Translations under genes and position numbers: made by a program
The notes under the pieces: model-generated
What the model was told of the DNA's origin: nothing
The model's database searches: none
The model's input: the letters and a program-made list of their open reading frames with translations, nothing else
In this document: positions 24,512 through 29,407 of the stretch, piece by piece
Numbering within the stretch: the stretch's first letter is position 1
Layout of the letters: every line of letters starts with the position of its first letter
Source of the DNA: Clostridia bacterium
GTDB lineage: Bacteria > Bacillota > Clostridia > Christensenellales > Aristaeellaceae
NCBI GenBank assembly: GCA_030526935.1
Contig: JAUNBY010000003.1
Span: 730-30,136, forward strand
Length of the DNA: 29,407 bases
Reading direction: 5' to 3'

Positions 24512-25540
24512 ATGTTTAAGGGTAAAACGCTCATGATAACCGGGGGAACGGGTTCTTTCGGCCAGGCGGTGTTAAAGCGCTTCGCCGGAAGCGACATCGG
24601 GCAGATACGCATATTTTCCCGCGACGAAAAAAAACAGGACGACATGCGCCACAAATACGAAAACGACAGGATTCGCTATTATATTGGCGACGTGAGAAAT
24701 CTTGACAGCGTGCGAGACGCCATGAGGGGCGTAGATTACGTGTTTCACGCGGCGGCCCTGAAGCAGGTTCCCTCCTGCGAGTTTTTCCCGCTCGAAGCGG
24801 TAAAGACCAATGTCTTTGGAACGGATAACGTACTTACCGCCGCAATAGAAGCGGGGGTTAAAAAGGTCATATGCCTGTCTACCGACAAGGCGGCATACCC
24901 CGTAAACGCCATGGGCACGAGCAAGGCCATGATGGAGAAAGTCGTAGTATCCAAAGCCCGCACCGTTCAGGATGGCGGCACGACGATTTGCTGCACGCGC
25001 TACGGAAACGTCATGTGCTCGCGCGGCTCGGTCATACCGCTTTTCATAGACCAGATACGCGCGTCCCGCCCGATGACCGTGACCGATCCCAATATGACCA
25101 GGTTCATAATGAGCCTCGATGAAGCCGTCGAACTGGTGCTCTTCGCGTTTCAAAACGCACAGCCCGGCGATATACTGGTTCAGAAAGCACCGGCGTGTAC
25201 CACAGGCGTACTGGCCGAAGCCGTCGCCAATCTGTTTGACCCCGGCCACGAACTGCGCACCATAGGCATACGCCACGGCGAAAAACTATATGAAACCCTT
25301 CTCACCCGCGAGGAATGCGCCCACGCCGTGGATATGGGCAATTTCTTCCGCGTCCCGGCGGACAAGCGCGACCTCAATTACGATAAATACTTCGTACAGG
25401 GCAACACGGCCATAAGCACGATCGAGGAATTTAATTCGAACAACACGACGATATTGAACGTCGAGCAGGTGATGGAAAAGCTCATGTCTCTCGACTACAT
25501 AAAAGACCAGCTTAAATACGGAAGGGGGGACGCGCTTTGA
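24512..25540 (+). CDS. fnlA: UDP-GlcNAc 4,6-dehydratase/5-epimerase (CapE/WbjB/FnlA)
   Basis: TGGTGSFG, FSRDEKKQDDMR, HAAALKQVPSCEFFP, LSTDKA, NAMGTSK, TRYGNVMCSRGSVIPLF, GIRHGEKLYE. Start moved from 24440 to ATG 24512. Confidence 0.93.
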   Translation: MFKGKTLMITGGTGSFGQAVLKRFAGSDIGQIRIFSRDEKKQDDMRHKYENDRIRYYIGDVRNLDSVRDAMRGVDYVFHAAALKQVPSCEFFPLEAVKTNVFGTDNVLTAAIEAGVKKVICLSTDKAAYPVNAMGTSKAMMEKVVVSKARTVQDGGTTICCTRYGNVMCSRGSVIPLFIDQIRASRPMTVTDPNMTRFIMSLDEAVELVLFAFQNAQPGDILVQKAPACTTGVLAEAVANLFDPGHELRTIGIRHGEKLYETLLTREECAHAVDMGNFFRVPADKRDLNYDKYFVQGNTAISTIEEFNSNNTTILNVEQVMEKLMSLDYIKDQLKYGRGDAL

Positions 25541-26634
25541 GGATAATGGTTACGGGCGCCAATGGGTTTATAGGAAGGAATTTTATAAACACCGTCGGGC
25601 AATCGAGAAAAGACATTGAAATCCTCCCTTACGACATAGATTCCCCCGTCGGAACGCTCGACGAATACGCGGCAAATTGCGATTTCGCGGTTCATCTGGC
25701 GGGCGTAAACCGTCCAAAGGAGCAGGGTGAATTTAAAAAGGGCAACGCGGGCTTTACGGGAGAACTCGTAAACGCGCTTGAAAAAGCCGCAAACCCCTGC
25801 CCCATACTCATGACGTCCTCCATACAGGCTCAGCTCGACAATCCTTATGGCACAAGCAAGCTCGAAGCTGAGAACGTCCTAAGGGAGCATGAGAAAAAAA
25901 CCGGGGCAAAGGTCTATATATACAGGCTGCCCAATGTCTTCGGGAAATTCTGCCGTCCCAATTACAACAGCGCCGTGGCGACCTTTTGCCATAACATCGC
26001 CCACGACCTGCCCATAACCGTCACCGATCCCAAAATAGAATTGCGGCTTATATATATAGACGACGTGGTGAGGCTTATACTCGACGCCGTCTCAGGCGTT
26101 CCCGCCGATGAGCCGCGTCCAGTTTACAGGGCGACCCTCGGACACATAACCGAACTGATATATTCGTTTAAAAACAGCCGCTCAACTCTCGTCGTTCCGG
26201 ATATGGCCGACGAGTTTACGAGAAAGCTCTACGCGACCTATTTAAGCTATCTCGATGAAAACGATTTTTCCTACGACCTTACCGTACACGCCGACCACCG
26301 CGGGTCGTTCACCGAGTTTATAAAAACCGAAGGCTCCGGGCAATTCTCCGTAAACGTCTCGCGTCCCGGAGCGGTCAAGGGCAACCACTACCACGACACG
26401 AAAAACGAAAAATTCCTCGTCGTCGCGGGCGAAGCGATTATACGTTTTCGCAAGGTAGGATCGGACAAAGTGATCGAGTATCGCGTTAAAGGTTGTGATA
26501 TGCGCGTAATCGACATACCGACAGGGTATACGCACAATATAGAAAACGTCGGACAGGACGATTTGATAACAATTATGTGGGCAAGCGAGCGCTTCGATCC
26601 GGACAGACCCGACACTTACTATTTGGAGGTATAA
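25537..26634 (+). CDS. fnlB: Bifunctional SDR reductase plus cupin epimerase (CapF/WbjC/FnlB)
   Basis: TGANGFIG, HLAGVNRP, YGTSK, RLPNVFGKFCRPNYNSAVATFCHNIA, cupin DHRGSFTE...KGNHYHDTKNEKF, PGYTH-like TGYTHNIEN, DPDRPDTY. Confidence 0.93.
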   Translation: MRIMVTGANGFIGRNFINTVGQSRKDIEILPYDIDSPVGTLDEYAANCDFAVHLAGVNRPKEQGEFKKGNAGFTGELVNALEKAANPCPILMTSSIQAQLDNPYGTSKLEAENVLREHEKKTGAKVYIYRLPNVFGKFCRPNYNSAVATFCHNIAHDLPITVTDPKIELRLIYIDDVVRLILDAVSGVPADEPRPVYRATLGHITELIYSFKNSRSTLVVPDMADEFTRKLYATYLSYLDENDFSYDLTVHADHRGSFTEFIKTEGSGQFSVNVSRPGAVKGNHYHDTKNEKFLVVAGEAIIRFRKVGSDKVIEYRVKGCDMRVIDIPTGYTHNIENVGQDDLITIMWASERFDPDRPDTYYLEV

Positions 26635-26635
26635 T

Positions 26636-27763
26636 ATGGCGGGAAAATTAAAGCTCATGACTATTCTCGGCACCCGCCCTGAAATAATACGCCTGTCGGC
26701 GGTGATTAAAAAGGCCGACAGGTATTTCGACCATGTACTCGTACACACGGGGCAGAACTGGGATTACACCCTCAATCAGATCTTTTTTGAAAACCTGGGG
26801 TTGCGAGCGCCCGACTACTACCTCGACAGCGCCGGCGATGACCTGGGGCAAACCATGGGCAATATAATCGCCAGGAGCTACGCGGCGCTCAGAGACGTCG
26901 CCCCCGACGCGCTTCTGGTTCTGGGGGACACAAACTCAGCGCTTTCGGCAATATCGGCTAAACGGCTGAAAATCCCGATATTTCATATGGAGGCGGGAAA
27001 CCGCTGCTGGGACTGGAATGTATCCGAGATGATAAACCGCAAGATAGTCGATCACATTTCCGATATAAACCTTCCCTATACCGAAAATTCGCGCCGATAC
27101 CTCTTAAGCGAGGGCATAGACGGAAAAACCATATTCGTAACAGGTTCCCCAATGCGCGAAGTTTTGGATGACAATATGGAAAAAATACTAAAAAGCGACG
27201 TGCTCGAAAGACTCGGCCTCAACGCGGGCGAATACATGCTTCTCTCGGCTCATCGCGAGGAAAACATCGACGACGAAGCGCATTTCATGGATCTGATGGA
27301 CTCCATAAACCACATGGCGGAGAAGTACAATATGCCCGTCATTTATTCCACCCATCCCCGAAGCATGAAATTCATAAAGGCGCGCGATTTCAAATTCCAT
27401 CCGCTTGTGAGAAACCTCAAGCCCTTCGGCTTTTTCGACTACAACAAGCTTCAGATGAACGCCTACTGCACGCTGTCAGACAGCGGAACGCTTTCCGAAG
27501 AAAGCGCCATGCTCGGATTCTGCGGGGTACTTATAAGAACCTCGACCGAGAGGCCGGAGGTGCTCGACAACGGAAGCGTCGTCATAGGGGGCATCAAAAA
27601 ACATGAGGTAGAACAGGCGGTCGAACTCGCGGTCGCCATGCGAAACGAACAGTTTTCCATGCCCGACGATTACGAGGATAAAAACGTTTCCGTCAAAGTC
27701 ATAAAGATCATTCAGAGCTATTGCCCGATAGTCAACCGCAATACTTGGCTGAAATACCGCTGA
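26636..27763 (+). CDS. fnlC: UDP-2-acetamido-2,6-dideoxy-L-talose 2-epimerase (CapG/WbjD/FnlC)
   Basis: GTRPEIIRLS, HTGQN, LGDTNS, HMEAGNRC, HREEN, SDSGTLSEE, STERPE motifs; follows fnlA and fnlB. Confidence 0.92.
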   Translation: MAGKLKLMTILGTRPEIIRLSAVIKKADRYFDHVLVHTGQNWDYTLNQIFFENLGLRAPDYYLDSAGDDLGQTMGNIIARSYAALRDVAPDALLVLGDTNSALSAISAKRLKIPIFHMEAGNRCWDWNVSEMINRKIVDHISDINLPYTENSRRYLLSEGIDGKTIFVTGSPMREVLDDNMEKILKSDVLERLGLNAGEYMLLSAHREENIDDEAHFMDLMDSINHMAEKYNMPVIYSTHPRSMKFIKARDFKFHPLVRNLKPFGFFDYNKLQMNAYCTLSDSGTLSEESAMLGFCGVLIRTSTERPEVLDNGSVVIGGIKKHEVEQAVELAVAMRNEQFSMPDDYEDKNVSVKVIKIIQSYCPIVNRNTWLKYR

Positions 27764-27780
27764 GGTACCGCTGAAATACT
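27748..27780 (+). repeat. Three imperfect 11-bp tandem units spanning the fnlC stop codon
   Basis: GCTGAAATACC / GCTGAGGTACC / GCTGAAATACT. Confidence 0.8.
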
Positions 27781-27802
27781 TGTCATCCCGGCAGGAAATT
27801 AC

Positions 27803-27831
27803 TTGACAAATTCAAAATATTACGATATAAT
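27803..27831 (+). promoter_or_regulatory. Perfect-consensus sigma-A promoter of the GH25 gene
   Basis: TTGACA (27803-27808), 17 bp, TATAAT (27826-27831). Confidence 0.88.
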
Positions 27832-27871
27832 GACAGAGGTTACATATTTTGTACAGGAGCGTGTGTGCCTC

Positions 27872-29338
27872 ATGTCTATTACCAGAAAATTGATAATGAC
27901 TGTACTGACGCTTTGCCTCGTGGCGACCATCGCGTATGCCGACGACTGGTCGAGCGCGTATCTGGACGGCATTCCACGAGGTATGGCTCGCGTCATAGGG
28001 CTATGCGACATAAACGGCGACGGCGTTCCAGAGTTGGTGGACATCTGCGCCAAGTCGCGTACGAGCACGCTCGCCATAAAATATATGTCGTCGGGAAGCG
28101 CAAAGACGCTACAGTCATCGGACTTTGATTTCAGCGGTTTTTCAATAGCCAAACTCAAGGCGGCGAAACTCGTCCTTCGAGAGAACGCCGGCGGCGATAC
28201 CAGCCTGTTCATAAGGCTTTTAGGTGCTAATGACGACGTAAGGCTGGCTTTCTCGCCCTCCGGCACGGGAAGCCTCACTACGAAGCTTAACATCAGAAAG
28301 TCCACCTCAAACGGCACTGCGAATTACTATGTAAACTCGAGCGCCGCGAAGTTCAACAGGTATTCAAACGCGCTCAAGGCGTTTACTTCCGAATATTCAA
28401 AAAGCGTCAACGTCGCGATAAAAACCATATCCGCCTCCGACGGAAACGCCGCAATAAAGAAAAAGTTCAACGCCTTGGCGAAGGCTTTCAAAAGCGACGC
28501 CAAACCCACGTCTATAACTCTTGCCGACACCACCGCGACGCTTTACGCCGGTGAAACGCATACTCTAGCCGCGACGTTTTCTCCCTCGGGAACAACAAGC
28601 ACAATCACCTGGTCGAGCAGCGCGCCCAAGGTGGCCACCGTAACGCAAGACGGCCTCGTAACCGCCTTATCGGCGGGCACGGCGAATATAGTCGCGACTA
28701 CGGCGAATGGTCTTACCGCCAGGTGCAAGATAACGGTTTCGGCTAAGGAACCCGTCATAGTCGATATATCCCAGCACAATTATTCCGCGTCGATGGACTG
28801 GGCGAAGATAGCAAAAAACGTGGATCTTCTCATACTTCGCTGCGGGGTTACCAGAACCTATACGCAGCCGCTCGGCATAGGCACCGACGAGAGATTCGCC
28901 TATTACGCTAAAATGTGCGCCAAATACGATATACCCTTTGGCGTCTACTATTACGGGAAATGCTCAACCGTCGCGGAAGCCAAACAGGAAGCCCAGATGA
29001 CATGGGACACCGCCAGTTCCTACAACCCGCTTTTCTACGTCTACGACGCTGAGGAATCGCGCCTGACGAAAAAGCTGATAGAGACGTACATGAAAACCCT
29101 GCAAAGCCTCGGAGCGAAGAAGACCGGATACTACATCGCCCATCACCTGTATGGCACGTATAATCTGGACACTTCTCTGGTCGACTTCATCTGGATTCCA
29201 CGCTACAGCGGCAACGAACCCGCTTACGCCTGCGATATGCATCAGTATACCAGCACCGGAACCGTCGCGGGCTTCCCCGGCGTGGTCGATATGAACAGGC
29301 TCACCGGAACGAAATCGCTTAAATGGTTCCTGAAATAG
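27872..29338 (+). CDS. Secreted cell-wall hydrolase: signal peptide, uncharacterised N-terminal region, Big_2 Ig-like domain, GH25 muramidase
   Basis: Signal peptide MSITRK...AYA|DD; DINGDGVPEL motif; Big_2 (about 28505-28742: ITWSSSAPKVATVTQDGLVTALSAGTANI); GH25 (about 28754-29335: IVDISQHN, IPFGVYYY, DxE motif YDAEE, MHQYTSTG, VDMN). The ORF-track start at 27803 is the -35 box, so I moved the start to ATG 27872. Confidence 0.88.
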   Translation: MSITRKLIMTVLTLCLVATIAYADDWSSAYLDGIPRGMARVIGLCDINGDGVPELVDICAKSRTSTLAIKYMSSGSAKTLQSSDFDFSGFSIAKLKAAKLVLRENAGGDTSLFIRLLGANDDVRLAFSPSGTGSLTTKLNIRKSTSNGTANYYVNSSAAKFNRYSNALKAFTSEYSKSVNVAIKTISASDGNAAIKKKFNALAKAFKSDAKPTSITLADTTATLYAGETHTLAATFSPSGTTSTITWSSSAPKVATVTQDGLVTALSAGTANIVATTANGLTARCKITVSAKEPVIVDISQHNYSASMDWAKIAKNVDLLILRCGVTRTYTQPLGIGTDERFAYYAKMCAKYDIPFGVYYYGKCSTVAEAKQEAQMTWDTASSYNPLFYVYDAEESRLTKKLIETYMKTLQSLGAKKTGYYIAHHLYGTYNLDTSLVDFIWIPRYSGNEPAYACDMHQYTSTGTVAGFPGVVDMNRLTGTKSLKWFLK

Positions 29339-29367
29339 CCAAATTTATCTGTATCAACGCGTAGTAC

Positions 29368-29405
29368 AAGAGGGCTTGCCGGTATAGTCGCAAGCCCTCT
29401 TTTTG
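29368..29405 (+). terminator. Intrinsic terminator of the GH25 gene
   Basis: AAGAGGGCTTGC / GCAAGCCCTCTT 12-bp stem followed by a T-run. Confidence 0.9.
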
Positions 29406-29407
29406 TT

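Noticed and set aside
27872-29338. GH25 as a prophage endolysin
   Set aside because: It has a Sec signal peptide, its own sigma-A promoter and terminator, and no holin or phage genes nearby.
1-29407. CRISPR arrays, tRNA/rRNA genes, transposases, integrases, toxin-antitoxin or restriction genes
   Set aside because: None seen. Nearly all sequence is accounted for by recognisable genes, and the intergenic gaps are short and explained by promoters, terminators or the T-box.

Overview
A 29.4 kb core-genome window from a moderately GC-rich Firmicute, probably Clostridia (inferred from sigma-A promoters, GGAGG RBSs, a T-box, purR next to murC and a type-2 IleRS). From left to right: (1) a LacI regulator divergent from a carbohydrate ABC importer (binding protein plus two permeases), followed by a divergently arranged YesM/YesN-like two-component pair; (2) an aspartate-family cluster with an M20 deacetylase divergent from dapA-dapB-dapH-metY-metA; (3) ileS under an Ile(AUC) T-box riboswitch, downstream of murC; (4) purR with candidate PurBoxes, and a DUF554 gene; (5) an independently transcribed 73-aa unknown; (6) a tightly coupled seven-gene operon of a family-6 DNA glycosylase, pdp, a degenerate CPBP/Abi-like membrane protein, an ABC-F ATPase and fnlABC (UDP-L-FucNAc synthesis); (7) a secreted Big_2-GH25 muramidase. 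I found no mobile element, prophage, CRISPR array, tRNA or rRNA, and I cannot support a claim of a complete new multi-gene system. The best leads are an enlarged T-box with a roughly 105-nt multibranched insertion in the stem II region, the catalytically degenerate CPBP-like gene coupled to ABC-F, fnlABC with no glycosyltransferase nearby, a binding protein with no lipobox, and the 73-aa unknown. All motif, family and folding calls were made by eye, without database searches or folding software.
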